A stretch of DNA of 31,009 nt. It comes from a virus. Its lineage: Duplodnaviria; Heunggongvirae; Uroviricota; Caudoviricetes. This document shows, piece by piece, positions 6,159-15,306 of this stretch (its first letter is position 1; each line of letters begins with the position of its first letter). A model generated the notes under the pieces. The model worked only from the letters and a program-made list of their open reading frames with translations. It was not told the DNA's origin and did no database searches. The position numbers and the translations under genes are program-made. The stretch lies in IMG/VR virus record IMGVR_UViG_3300032117_000012. One strand, given 5' to 3'.

Positions 6159-6884
6159 TTAGTTTGTAATACACAACATTTCAGAAGTGGTACGGGTCAC
6201 CGCACGAGAAAGATTAACATTATTTGCCGTCTCTTGTCCCTTACGGTACGCTGAATAATCTTTCACAGTTGTAGACGTATTGGATTTGCGAAGCTTAATT
6301 CCATGTTCTGCAAAAGCATCTTCTACAATTTGATTCTTCAAAACCATCAAACTGGTTCCACCACATGCCCGCATTTCATTAACATTTTCTGCCTTCATTT
6401 CGTTAATGCGACTTGCCAGCCTATAGCCCATACCTGTAATAAAAGAAGATGAGGTAGCACGACGATTAGAACTATTAATCCAAGCCGGAGTTTTCTTAAA
6501 CTTTTCTGTCTCATTTTTAATAGCATTATCAATGACATCATATAGATACTTGGCAACCAGAATATCATTCTCTTGGCCAAAGAAAGTATATCGTATACCG
6601 TCAAAACCACGATTGCTCCAAACTTTACAATTAGTAAAGCCTGCGATTGCAGAAAGGGCAAAATAAACTCCATGGCGATGCTTAGAACCGGTATAAATTA
6701 TTTCTGATACACAAGGTTCATCCCGAACTTCGACTTCATCCATGGAAAGGTTATATTGATTCAACAACTTACCGACCATAAAAATTGCGGCCTCGGCTTC
6801 GGCCTCTGTACAACCGTTATCGATAGTCTTAGCAGCCAATGCACGGATACGGGCTTTGATATTTTCAATCTTGGTGTTGGTCAT
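6159..6884 (-). CDS. DUF2786-like domain protein
   Basis: N-terminal RIRALAAKT..NGCTEAEAEAA..KLLNQYNL pattern; C-terminal YRKGQETANNVNL. Confidence 0.7.
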   Translation of the reverse strand: MTNTKIENIKARIRALAAKTIDNGCTEAEAEAAIFMVGKLLNQYNLSMDEVEVRDEPCVSEIIYTGSKHRHGVYFALSAIAGFTNCKVWSNRGFDGIRYTFFGQENDILVAKYLYDVIDNAIKNETEKFKKTPAWINSSNRRATSSSFITGMGYRLASRINEMKAENVNEMRACGGTSLMVLKNQIVEDAFAEHGIKLRKSNTSTTVKDYSAYRKGQETANNVNLSRAVTRTTSEMLCITN

Positions 6885-6911
6885 GATGAAATCTCCGTCT
6901 TGTTGAAAATT

Positions 6912-6939
6912 GGTATATCAGATTTAAAATCTATGTCAA
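6912..6939 (-). promoter_or_regulatory. sigma70-type promoter with palindromic spacer
   Basis: TTGACA-N16-TATACC; spacer contains AGATTT-N-AAATCT. Confidence 0.55.
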
Positions 6940-7301
6940 ATCATTTTTTCAATTTTTTCACAAATTTTCAACATTTCCAGTCGAATTGTTTTTAGATTTC
7001 CATTATCCAAAATATTTGAAATTTCCTTCTTAATAAGATTACGATTTCTTTCATCCTGTTGGTTTTTAATCATTTCGGAATAGGTGTCTTCGGTCACAAT
7101 ATTCCAACTCCTAAAACTACTAAAAAGATTGATTTCGGAACAACGATTATTAAATTTAATTTCTTCTGGTCCTGATATAACAGTAATCCTTCCAGTAGGA
7201 GTCTTGTTTGTGACCTTACCTGTACGATACAGATCGTAAGGAGACCTCAGAAAAACAGTGTCGCCAACATTGATGGATTCGGTTGTGAACAATATGGTCA
7301 T
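6936..7301 (-). CDS. hypothetical protein
   Basis: 121-aa ORF, GAGG SD. Confidence 0.75.
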   Translation of the reverse strand: MTILFTTESINVGDTVFLRSPYDLYRTGKVTNKTPTGRITVISGPEEIKFNNRCSEINLFSSFRSWNIVTEDTYSEMIKNQQDERNRNLIKKEISNILDNGNLKTIRLEMLKICEKIEKMI

Positions 7302-7327
7302 AGTTAATTCCTCTATCTATGAAGGTT

Positions 7328-7355
7328 CTTATATATTAAATAAAATCTTTGTCAA
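7328..7355 (-). promoter_or_regulatory. sigma70-type promoter
   Basis: TTGACA-N16-TATAAG upstream of the 7301 start. Confidence 0.6.
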
Positions 7356-7366
7356 CACTTATTTTA

Positions 7367-7374
7367 TATAAATA
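7367..7374 (+). promoter_or_regulatory. T4 late promoter consensus TATAAATA
   Basis: Exact consensus at the head of the endonuclease remnant. Confidence 0.5.
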
Positions 7375-7726
7375 AGGATGATATGGTAGGAAAAATAATC
7401 AAACCGGAATTCTATTAAATTTAACTGATGGTGGAGATGGCAATCATGGTCAGGTCCACACCTTAGAACGTAGGGAAAAACAATCAAAATTTATAAAGAA
7501 TAATAATCCATCTTTTGATCCAAAGGTTAAACAAAAATTAACCAATAAAGACTATATGAAAACTATAGAATATAAGCAAAAAATGAGTATACGCAAAAAA
7601 GGAACTATTTCCAAAACGAAAAGAAAAATAATATATAAAGATAAAGTATATTATGGATGGTCCGAATTTACAAAATTAACTGGAATTTCCAGATATTCTT
7701 TCAATAAATTTCTTCAAATGTCTTGA
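7372..7726 (+). pseudogene. 5'-truncated GIY-YIG (Seg-like) homing endonuclease remnant
   Basis: Startless frame 7382-7726 reads YGRKNNQTGILLNLTDGGDG..HTLERREKQS.. (NUMOD3-like); preceded by in-frame TGA and a frameshift. Confidence 0.7.
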
Positions 7727-8107
7727 ACTTATTCTAACAGTACACCAATCATTGAAATATTCGTTAGAGATTATAGCATCTCTAACGAATATTTCTTTTG
7801 TTTCTAGATAATTACACTCAGAAACAGAATAACACAGATGTAGTATTCGTCTATTAAATTCTTCCTTACCATAATTATCGACTGCCGCCAATAAAGCTGG
7901 TGAAGAGCCGTAATAATCTTTCCAATCAGATTCTTTTCTTATCTTCTTTTTTACACCTTTTACCTGTTTGATTCCAGCAGCTGTAAAAAATTTTCTACCG
8001 ATATACATTTTTCCTGTAGTAGGGTGAGTAATCAAATAAACAAACCCATACGGTTGAGGTGAATAATCTTCCAAATTAAATTCATGACCTTTATAATACC
8101 AAGTCAT
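7676..8107 (-). CDS. GIY-YIG family endonuclease
   Basis: GFVYLIT..GKMYIG..ESDWKDYYGSS..E..YFN. Confidence 0.8.
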   Translation of the reverse strand: MTWYYKGHEFNLEDYSPQPYGFVYLITHPTTGKMYIGRKFFTAAGIKQVKGVKKKIRKESDWKDYYGSSPALLAAVDNYGKEEFNRRILHLCYSVSECNYLETKEIFVRDAIISNEYFNDWCTVRISSRHLKKFIERISGNSS

Positions 8108-8256
8108 TCTTCATCCTCTTTTTCTTCATCATCATCTTCTTCTTCGATGATAGAAGAACAAAAAGGACAATATTCTATGGGATAAAAACTTTCCGATACA
8201 ACTCTAAATTCTGTGTCACAACTTGAACACGTTACCCAATTTCCAACTTTTGCCAT
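8104..8256 (-). CDS. 50-aa zinc-ribbon protein with acidic tail (not in ORF track)
   Basis: MAKVGNWVTCSSCDTEF..YCPFCSSIIEEEDDDEEKEDEE; ATGA overlap with the GIY-YIG start. Confidence 0.75.
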   Translation of the reverse strand: MAKVGNWVTCSSCDTEFRVVSESFYPIEYCPFCSSIIEEEDDDEEKEDEE

Positions 8257-8726
8257 TTTGTTACTAAAACTCCGCATTTCAATAAAAATTCTATACCATC
8301 TGTGGCATAGTCATCTTTATATATGACTTCAGAAATTTTAGCATTCTTTAGCAACTTAGCACAATGAATGCAGGGGGCTAATGTAACAAAAGCAATAGCT
8401 CCCTCTGACGACTGATTAGAGGATGCTAACTTGGCGATGGCATTTTCTTCTGCATGGCTAACAGATGGATCCGTGACGAGTTTATAGCAACGTTCAAAAG
8501 TATCTGAATATGGAAAATCACAAAGATGATGGGATTTGTCTAATCGATTATAATAGACTCTATATTCGCAACAATTATCCCATCCGTTAGGAGTTCCATT
8601 GTATCCAAATGATAGTATATTACCGTCTTTTACAATAACACATCCAACTTTTCTACGCTCAGCGTATGATAGGGTGGCAGCATTTTCAGCTACCCCCATG
8701 AAAAAATCTACAAATTTCTTCTTCAT
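8232..8726 (-). CDS. cd: dCMP deaminase
   Basis: GYNGTP, HAEENAI, TLAPCIHC zinc-deaminase motifs. Confidence 0.92.
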   Translation of the reverse strand: MKKKFVDFFMGVAENAATLSYAERRKVGCVIVKDGNILSFGYNGTPNGWDNCCEYRVYYNRLDKSHHLCDFPYSDTFERCYKLVTDPSVSHAEENAIAKLASSNQSSEGAIAFVTLAPCIHCAKLLKNAKISEVIYKDDYATDGIEFLLKCGVLVTKWQKLEIG

Positions 8727-8878
8727 TTAAAATTCTTATACAAAAAATTAGAAGATATAAAATTATCTTTCCAATTCCAATCATCAAGAACCAATTGATT
8801 AAATGTGGTGTCGTCTATTTCAATAACATCTTCCACAGATAGCTCTAGCATGCGTATAGCCTTATCATAACATTCCTT
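8723..8878 (-). pseudogene. possible gene fragment (or 42-aa ORF from ATG 8851)
   Basis: Frame reads KECYDKAIRMLELSVEDVIEIDD..LDDWNWK, preceded by in-frame TGA; stop overlaps the cd start. Confidence 0.35.
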
Positions 8879-8938
8879 TCAATATTTCGCATAATTAGTT
8901 ATCCCCAAATATACCCTCTAAATCTACCCCCAACATAT

Positions 8939-9115
8939 TTATTCTCCTATCCATTTAATCTGATTTAAAGGAAGGATTTTAATTTCTTCTTCCCCCTTAT
9001 CATTCATTAATACAAATCTAACTCGGGATGAATTGGTAAAATTCTGATATTCAACGACATTCCAAATTTTACCCGAATCCTCCCAATTATCATTATCTAT
9101 CCTTATTTGCTTCAT
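8939..9115 (-). CDS. 58-aa hypothetical protein (not in ORF track)
   Basis: MKQIRIDNDNWEDSGKIWNVV..; ATGA overlap with the nrdJ stop. Confidence 0.65.
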   Translation of the reverse strand: MKQIRIDNDNWEDSGKIWNVVEYQNFTNSSRVRFVLMNDKGEEEIKILPLNQIKWIGE

Positions 9116-10962
9116 ATTTCACATCCTCCTCCTGCACAAGCTGCCTGTTCAGATAATTTGGTGTCATCATAATCCTCAACAACCTGCGTAAGATCTATAT
9201 TATGAATATGTTTCACCATATCATTAAACTGGTCCTCTGTTATATCTTCAAATGGAGCCTGAATATAAGATCCTCCATCATAAGGAAGAACAGAAATGCC
9301 ATTATATACTGTTCTATTATTCCACATCCAAACACCACATCTACCCCATTCACTCGGCTTTAATGAAATAGTGCAAGATACATTATTATAATTAGGTCCG
9401 CTACGGTGGCCTGTCTGCACCCATTCTAAATTGAACTTGGCAACTCTCTTAAGTAGCGACATAAAGCTTTCAGTACGAATTATAGCACCAGATGGAGCCT
9501 TTTGAGGAAACATCATCATGGCCTCTAAATGAGGTTTAAAATGGCAATCTTCGATAAGATCAGGAAGATTATTTACCATATATTCATATAAGGCTTCATT
9601 TTTACCAACCCGCATTCTACGGATATAGAAATCATTATGCCACCCATGAATACCAGAAGATGATCCCAACACACAGCTAGTTGATCCAGCTGGTTTTTCT
9701 GTAGTAGATCTAGCAGCAGGATTAATGCCTATTCTCTTTGCGAGAGATTCATTTTCTGCCATGACAATAGCAGCCGCTTCTTGCAAATTCAATTTTGTTA
9801 TTTTATTTGATGCAATACCAGTAAAAGATACTCCAATTAATGCATCTCGTTCAGTAACTTCTTTCCAAATAGGACGAAGATAATGAAGATCAGTATATGA
9901 AGCTTGTAATGTACCGATAAACGCCGCAGCTTTTACTCTAGAATTTAATTCTTCTTGAGTATCGCAATCACTTGCATTCACCTCTACGAGGTTACAAAAT
10001 TGATATGATGCCAGAGAAATTTCTCCACATGGATTCGTGCCATATTCTAGATCATTTGTCCATATAATTCCGGGCTCGCCTGCACCAGATTCTTCAACTT
10101 TTTTCCAAATATCAAAGAACATTTCTTCAGTTGTAGACTCTCGTAACAAGATAACACTATTGTTAGCACGACCTCTTTGAGGATTGGTTTCCCACCATAA
10201 TCCCGATTTACTAGACATCATATCAAGGTCATCTGGTGAAAAAAGTGCAATCATTGCAGCTCTACGAATACCACCAGCTAAAACTGCATCTGCAATAAAA
10301 CAAAGAATATCATGAGCTTCTAAAGTTGTAAGTTTTCTACCAATGGCAGCATTCATAATTGCTCTAATTTGTTCAATACAAATTCGTAATGGATCTGGTC
10401 CGGGAGCTTTGCCACCAGAGGTTACTAATCTAGCACCTTTTTGCCTAATGTCTCTGTAATCAAAGATTGGATCAGACTTTCCCTCATAATAAGATCGTAC
10501 CAAGACTTTGATCGCATCTGCCCAGCCTTCGATAGAGTCACCTACAAGAAATCTTCTAGTTTTTTCTTTTGGACCTTTAATTATAGGTAATTTACCTATA
10601 TGGTGCTTTTGAACAGAATATCCTACACCCGTTCCAGATAGCAAAAGAAACATTGTTTCTGGAAACGCATCTAATGAGTCGATAGGAAGAAATGAGCAAT
10701 TAAAAATACGGGTATTAGAAAGTTCGATAGGACGACCTGCAAATTGCATAGAACGCATTGAAGGCAAGACTTTTTTAGTAAGAACGAAATTTTTATATAC
10801 TTTCTTAATTTCTGGTGTCAACATGGGGAATTTTTTAATATGCATTTGCATATTACGATCACATAATTCTGCCCATGTTTCTCTTCGTTTTAATTCTGGT
10901 ATATATTTGGCATACTTAGAAAAAATTGTGACTTGACTTAAAACTTCTTGTGTAGTGTCCAT
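9112..10962 (-). CDS. nrdJ: class II (adenosylcobalamin-dependent) ribonucleotide reductase, monomeric RTPR-like
   Basis: FNCS, GTGVGYSV, GGIRRAAMI, TNPCGEI, KPAGSTS, C-terminal CAGGGC; 616 aa, with no NrdB in the window. Confidence 0.88.
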   Translation of the reverse strand: MDTTQEVLSQVTIFSKYAKYIPELKRRETWAELCDRNMQMHIKKFPMLTPEIKKVYKNFVLTKKVLPSMRSMQFAGRPIELSNTRIFNCSFLPIDSLDAFPETMFLLLSGTGVGYSVQKHHIGKLPIIKGPKEKTRRFLVGDSIEGWADAIKVLVRSYYEGKSDPIFDYRDIRQKGARLVTSGGKAPGPDPLRICIEQIRAIMNAAIGRKLTTLEAHDILCFIADAVLAGGIRRAAMIALFSPDDLDMMSSKSGLWWETNPQRGRANNSVILLRESTTEEMFFDIWKKVEESGAGEPGIIWTNDLEYGTNPCGEISLASYQFCNLVEVNASDCDTQEELNSRVKAAAFIGTLQASYTDLHYLRPIWKEVTERDALIGVSFTGIASNKITKLNLQEAAAIVMAENESLAKRIGINPAARSTTEKPAGSTSCVLGSSSGIHGWHNDFYIRRMRVGKNEALYEYMVNNLPDLIEDCHFKPHLEAMMMFPQKAPSGAIIRTESFMSLLKRVAKFNLEWVQTGHRSGPNYNNVSCTISLKPSEWGRCGVWMWNNRTVYNGISVLPYDGGSYIQAPFEDITEDQFNDMVKHIHNIDLTQVVEDYDDTKLSEQAACAGGGCEI

Positions 10963-10978
10963 GTAAGAGATTCCAATA

Positions 10979-11185
10979 TTATAATGTTGGTATAAGAAAT
11001 TGTTTGATGCCTAACCAAATTTCCCTACTAGCTTCACTTAATTCCATACCTTCTGGGATAGTTACTTCCCCTGTATCAGTATCGATACTAATTCCACTTT
11101 TATGAAATTTGATATTATGAAAATGGGTATCATTGAAAGTTTTAGCATACTCATTTAAATAAGGCTGTACTATTATATCTTTCAC
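10979..11185 (-). CDS. hypothetical protein
   Basis: GTG start overlapping the thyA stop (GTGA); 68 aa. Confidence 0.6.
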   Translation of the reverse strand: MKDIIVQPYLNEYAKTFNDTHFHNIKFHKSGISIDTDTGEVTIPEGMELSEASREIWLGIKQFLIPTL

Positions 11186-12174
11186 TTGGATACCTTGGCT
11201 TTTATGGCAGGATGAGGATCGTAATCTTCTACTTGGATATCGCTCCAAATAAGATCGTAGATTCCTTTATCACTAGGTATATAGATGTTAGGAAAGGGTG
11301 TAGGATGTCTTAAAAGCTGTTTTTTTGCCTGTTCAAGATGATTTGCGTAAAGATGTAAATCACCAAATGTATGAACAAATTCTCCTACCTCTAACCCTAC
11401 CTCATTAGCGATTAAATGGACTAGGAGGGCGTATGAAGCTATATTGAATGGTACACCTAGGAATATGTCAGCCGACCTTTGATATAGTTGACAGGAGAGC
11501 TTTCCGTCTTGTACGAAAAATTGAAAAAGACAATGACACGGCGGTAATGCCATTTCATCAATTTGAGCTGGGTTCCATGCTGTCACAACATGTCGTCTGG
11601 AATAAGGATCTTTTTTAAGGTTCGCAATCAAATCTTTAATCTGATCAAATTTCAGTAAAACTTTAACAGGACCACCCGGACCTAATCCTAGTCCACGCAT
11701 TCCCCACCCTTCCCATTTTCGCCATTGGGCACCATATACCGGTCCTAACTCACCATTTTCATCTGCCCATTCATCCCAAATACGGATACCTTGATCCTGT
11801 AAAGGTTTAATATTAGTGGATCCAGATAAAAACCATAAAAGTTCACCGAACACAGATTTAATATGAATTTTCTTGGTTGTTAATAATGGAAATCCAGCAG
11901 ATAGATCAAACCTAATTTGTCGGCCAAATACACCATATGTTCCACCATTTCTACCTTCTCGATATACTCCATTATCAACCACATCTTTCAAAATATCCAA
12001 ATATTGATATTCTCCGTGATCTAATACTAACTGAGAATCGCTAAAAATATGTTCCCATTTATCTTTGTGTTTTACAATACACTTATCTTCAGCTTCATAT
12101 ACTGCACACACAGTTCCTACAAACGGATATCCGGTTATTTTGCGAACTTTATCACCAATTTTAAATTTACTCAC
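11182..12174 (-). CDS. thyA: thymidylate synthase with N-terminal SH3/R67-DHFR(DfrB)-like domain
   Basis: [50 protein letters not shown] (Asn, dUMP type); about 52-aa extra N-terminal domain; probable GTG start at 12174. Confidence 0.92.
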   Translation of the reverse strand: MSKFKIGDKVRKITGYPFVGTVCAVYEAEDKCIVKHKDKWEHIFSDSQLVLDHGEYQYLDILKDVVDNGVYREGRNGGTYGVFGRQIRFDLSAGFPLLTTKKIHIKSVFGELLWFLSGSTNIKPLQDQGIRIWDEWADENGELGPVYGAQWRKWEGWGMRGLGLGPGGPVKVLLKFDQIKDLIANLKKDPYSRRHVVTAWNPAQIDEMALPPCHCLFQFFVQDGKLSCQLYQRSADIFLGVPFNIASYALLVHLIANEVGLEVGEFVHTFGDLHLYANHLEQAKKQLLRHPTPFPNIYIPSDKGIYDLIWSDIQVEDYDPHPAIKAKVSK

Positions 12175-12499
12175 CAGTAGAAATCCTATCAAACATTACA
12201 GAGTTATGAGATCCTTTTATTTCTCTAAAGGAATATGACGAAGAAGAATCACCGATATTACATTTCGTAACAGTAAGTTTATCTCCGATATTAATACCGT
12301 TACTCTCCACATTAAGTTTTTGGTACGGATAGCCATGAAATCCATTATATTGGACAACTTCTCCCTGTTGTGCCCAATTAGCCTTGGCGTCTTCTACTGA
12401 GAGAATAGGCGTACATACGCCATTTTTAATCCTACCATAATCAGAAATATATCCTAATTTCTCTAGTTCATCAAATCCTTCATAACTCAATTCTGCCAT
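12167..12499 (-). CDS. hypothetical protein
   Basis: Start MAELS after AAGG; stop overlaps the thyA start. Confidence 0.7.
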   Translation of the reverse strand: MAELSYEGFDELEKLGYISDYGRIKNGVCTPILSVEDAKANWAQQGEVVQYNGFHGYPYQKLNVESNGINIGDKLTVTKCNIGDSSSSYSFREIKGSHNSVMFDRISTGE

Positions 12500-12501
12500 A
12501 A

Positions 12502-13533
12502 TTACACCTTTTTCCAATTAACAAATTTTAATTTTGCATTTAACCCTGAATAAGAGTTCTGATCAATAATTTCTTTTATAGTATCTGGACTCAATCCTGC
12601 CAGAATCATATCATTTATATCTTTACCAACTATTGTATCTGGCCATAGGCATACAGTCCAACCATTTTCGATTAACTTATGTATTTTTTTAACAATTTCT
12701 TTATTTCGAGGTTCGTTGTCAAATACAACAGTTGTCAATTCTTTATCGAAAATGTTGATATCGATATCTGAACCTGCCATAGCAGCAGAATTAGGTATAA
12801 ACATAGAATCAATTGGACCTTCAAATAGATATACCCTCTTAGAGATATCTATTTGATCTAAACCAAATATCTTGGTAAAATTACCTCTTACCATGATGGT
12901 GATATATCGGGTTTTTGCGTTAGCGTTTAATGCTCTACCTTGATATCCGAACATGTTACCAGATTTATCAAAAAAAGGCAATACAATTCTTGGCTCATCA
13001 TTAAGCTTTCCAGTATCGGAATTAACCTTAAATTTATCTGGAATTATGGAATTAGTCCATTTACAAAATGTAGGAGTATAATATATCCTAAAATGTTGTG
13101 AATATGGAATTTTCCGAGATTCTATATATTTTTTAGCTTGATGCCCAGACGATAATTGAGAGATTTTTTTAATCTCTTTCAACGGTGCATTTGGTGTAGC
13201 AGTCATATAAACATGCGATACCTCTGGCTCTTTCGAAGGAGGCGCATTTTTATATTTTTCTGTAAAAATTTCTAAATCATATTCACGCATCATATCGATA
13301 TTCAAATCTTTTAATAGAGATTTCACAGACCTGACAGAACCACAATTATGACATTTATAAAGAATCTTATCTTTTTGTGTAAAAAGATAAGCCCTTGCTT
13401 TATTCAGATCCTTCTTAGAGTCTCCGCATATGTAACAACGGCAATTGGCCAAAAACGGATTAAAGCTTTTGACCTTATACAATTGTAATTGCGGTGAAAT
13501 TAGGGAAATAAATTTAGAATCAATCCAGAACAT
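12502..13533 (-). CDS. gp61: T4 gp61-like DNA primase
   Basis: Zinc finger CRCYICGDS..YKCHNCG; PRIVLPF, YQGRAL; TOPRIM FEGPIDS, FDNEPRN, KDINDM. Confidence 0.95.
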   Translation of the reverse strand: MFWIDSKFISLISPQLQLYKVKSFNPFLANCRCYICGDSKKDLNKARAYLFTQKDKILYKCHNCGSVRSVKSLLKDLNIDMMREYDLEIFTEKYKNAPPSKEPEVSHVYMTATPNAPLKEIKKISQLSSGHQAKKYIESRKIPYSQHFRIYYTPTFCKWTNSIIPDKFKVNSDTGKLNDEPRIVLPFFDKSGNMFGYQGRALNANAKTRYITIMVRGNFTKIFGLDQIDISKRVYLFEGPIDSMFIPNSAAMAGSDIDINIFDKELTTVVFDNEPRNKEIVKKIHKLIENGWTVCLWPDTIVGKDINDMILAGLSPDTIKEIIDQNSYSGLNAKLKFVNWKKV

Positions 13534-13560
13534 AATAAATCCAATATAACAATTTTACTG

Positions 13561-13589
13561 ATAATGCCATATTGGATTGTGTTTGTCAA
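13561..13589 (-). promoter_or_regulatory. sigma70-type promoter upstream of primase
   Basis: TTGACA-N17-CATTAT. Confidence 0.5.
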
Positions 13590-13948
13590 TGTATAATTGA
13601 ATATCCGAAAAAATTTGTCAATTTGGACAATATGAACCCTAAAATTCCAGCAGCTCCAACTACTATCCAGCGCCATTTATCTAAATCAAGTATTTTTGAA
13701 TGAATATCAGCCAAAATTTCATTTTGCTTATTAATAGATAAATCGAAATCAAGTTTCAATTTATTAATATCGCTTTTGACTTCTTCTCTTAGGTCGTCCA
13801 TTCTATTATATATCTTCTCGGTTACTTGATTATGAGCTTCTCTATGTTTTTCTGCTGAACTTTTTATTTCTATAAGAGAGCTATTTATAGTAGAAATTTC
13901 TCTTTCTAATAAAGAAATTCTGGTTTCTGTTGGTTTTTCGACAGGCAT
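13586..13948 (-). CDS. coiled-coil protein with C-terminal transmembrane helix (XhlA-like)
   Basis: Heptad-rich body, WRWIVVGAAGILGFIL; start MPVEK after AAAGGA. Confidence 0.7.
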   Translation of the reverse strand: MPVEKPTETRISLLEREISTINSSLIEIKSSAEKHREAHNQVTEKIYNRMDDLREEVKSDINKLKLDFDLSINKQNEILADIHSKILDLDKWRWIVVGAAGILGFILSKLTNFFGYSIIH

Positions 13949-13949
13949 A

Positions 13950-14411
13950 TCAATCATCCTTTGTGAACTTGTTAACGTGGCCATGATATTCTTTAGGACG
14001 CCATTTACCACTTTCACCGGAGCGAATTGTCACCATATCCTTTTCAATTTTTGAAACTACGCCCCTAAACCCAACACCACCTTTTACGGCAAATCCAAGA
14101 TGGCCTTTATCTCCAATTTTGACAAATCCGGTAGGATCTTTGGATGTTTTGGAATTAGAAGCTGTAATGGAAGCTTGTTTATATTTCATTTCTTCCATTT
14201 GAGGTCTTACCATGCCAACTCTTGCTTGTCTGTGTCGTAGAGTTGGTTGGGCATTTTTTACAATTTTTTGTTGATTCTTTTTAGATACAGGTACAGTTTT
14301 ATCTGGATTATCTCCTGCGCCAGAGATCCCACTTGTGTTAGTAGCAGGCGCAGCTGTACTAATGCCACCAACTACCCCATCTTCTTGCATGAAATCTCTA
14401 AAACTTTTCAT
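13950..14411 (-). CDS. probable head-internal protein
   Basis: N-terminus MKSFRDFMQE resembles the T4 capsid-targeting sequence; low-complexity linker. Confidence 0.65.
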   Translation of the reverse strand: MKSFRDFMQEDGVVGGISTAAPATNTSGISGAGDNPDKTVPVSKKNQQKIVKNAQPTLRHRQARVGMVRPQMEEMKYKQASITASNSKTSKDPTGFVKIGDKGHLGFAVKGGVGFRGVVSKIEKDMVTIRSGESGKWRPKEYHGHVNKFTKDD

Positions 14412-14800
14412 ATTTGGTCTAATGCCTTCTTTATATTTTCATCTGCTTCGATATCAGAACACACAATAATTCGACTTTTATATCCTATATTGTCAACTCT
14501 TTTTGGTAAATATCCCAAATATTCAATAAACGGTTTAAGATATTTATGTAATCCATCAAGTCTAAAAAATAACATACGAGTTGCAGGGATCACACCAAAA
14601 ATATTATATATGACTATTATATGATTGAGAATCAATGTTTCTTTTAAAACCCCTGTTTCACAATACTTATTAAGTAATCTTTTAATATACTTGAATCTAT
14701 TCAGATCAATTAAAAATTCCTCAGTATCGAAACACTCAGGATTATCATAATTTTTAGCAGCATAAAGTAAAAAATTTGTCTCGTCTAATTTTTCTATCAT
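14408..14800 (-). CDS. conserved T4-like phage hypothetical protein
   Basis: NFLLYAAKNYDNPEC..EEF..DLNRFKYIKRLL..LILNHII pattern; ATGA coupling on both sides. Confidence 0.75.
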   Translation of the reverse strand: MIEKLDETNFLLYAAKNYDNPECFDTEEFLIDLNRFKYIKRLLNKYCETGVLKETLILNHIIVIYNIFGVIPATRMLFFRLDGLHKYLKPFIEYLGYLPKRVDNIGYKSRIIVCSDIEADENIKKALDQI

Positions 14801-15294
14801 GATGTTCCATATGAGTGAGGCAAATTCCAATGACCGTCTGTGAAAATTAAAGTTATTACACAACTTCCAGAAGTTAAATTATATATTGCGTTAGTGAAGG
14901 GAAGCCATGTTGCAACCGTACCTTCTTGAATTTGAAGACCTTTACTCCATCTTGCATTTTGGATTGATAGTGAAGTAGCTTCATTAGAAAAAATATTGGT
15001 TGGTAATTTAGCAGGAACAAGATATATTATTTGATTTTCAGTTCCATTAGGTAAAACATATGAATTAGATCCACTAATTGTTGGTGCCAATTTATGAATA
15101 TTTTTTGTAATATCTAATGTTACAGAGCCGCCAGAGCTATTAATGCTTTCGCTAGTTGGTGCTGTAAATGACTGCAAAGAAGTAGCAGCAAATGCATATG
15201 TGTTGCCATCACTTCTTTGCAGGATCATCAAATCAGAGGTTTGTATTGTGGCCGTGTTTGATGTATTGTAGATATCGCTGAAGGTTTTACCCAT
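14797..15294 (-). CDS. probable virion structural protein
   Basis: Ser/Thr/Asn-rich, beta-type composition, in the late block. Confidence 0.6.
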   Translation of the reverse strand: MGKTFSDIYNTSNTATIQTSDLMILQRSDGNTYAFAATSLQSFTAPTSESINSSGGSVTLDITKNIHKLAPTISGSNSYVLPNGTENQIIYLVPAKLPTNIFSNEATSLSIQNARWSKGLQIQEGTVATWLPFTNAIYNLTSGSCVITLIFTDGHWNLPHSYGTS

Positions 15295-15306
15295 AAAAAT
15301 ATCCTA

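Noticed and set aside
5444-6995. Alternative-frame ORFs 5444..5641, 5457..5726, 5762..5944, 5800..6000, 6395..6673, 6756..6995
   Set aside because: They overlap better-supported genes or promoters; the apparent hydrophobicity reflects AT-rich off-frame translation
7379-8881. In-frame TGA codons at plausible coding positions (7379, 8879) hinting at stop-codon reassignment
   Set aside because: Many well-supported genes end in TGA with ATGA overlaps, long genes are open in the standard code, and no suppressor tRNA is present
11182-12174. ThyA as a dCMP hydroxymethylase (base-modification system)
   Set aside because: It has the PFNIASY Asn typical of dUMP-specific thymidylate synthases
13882-13889. 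TATAAATA on the minus strand inside the coiled-coil gene
   Set aside because: It is about 350 nt from the next start codon, and a chance match is likely in AT-rich DNA
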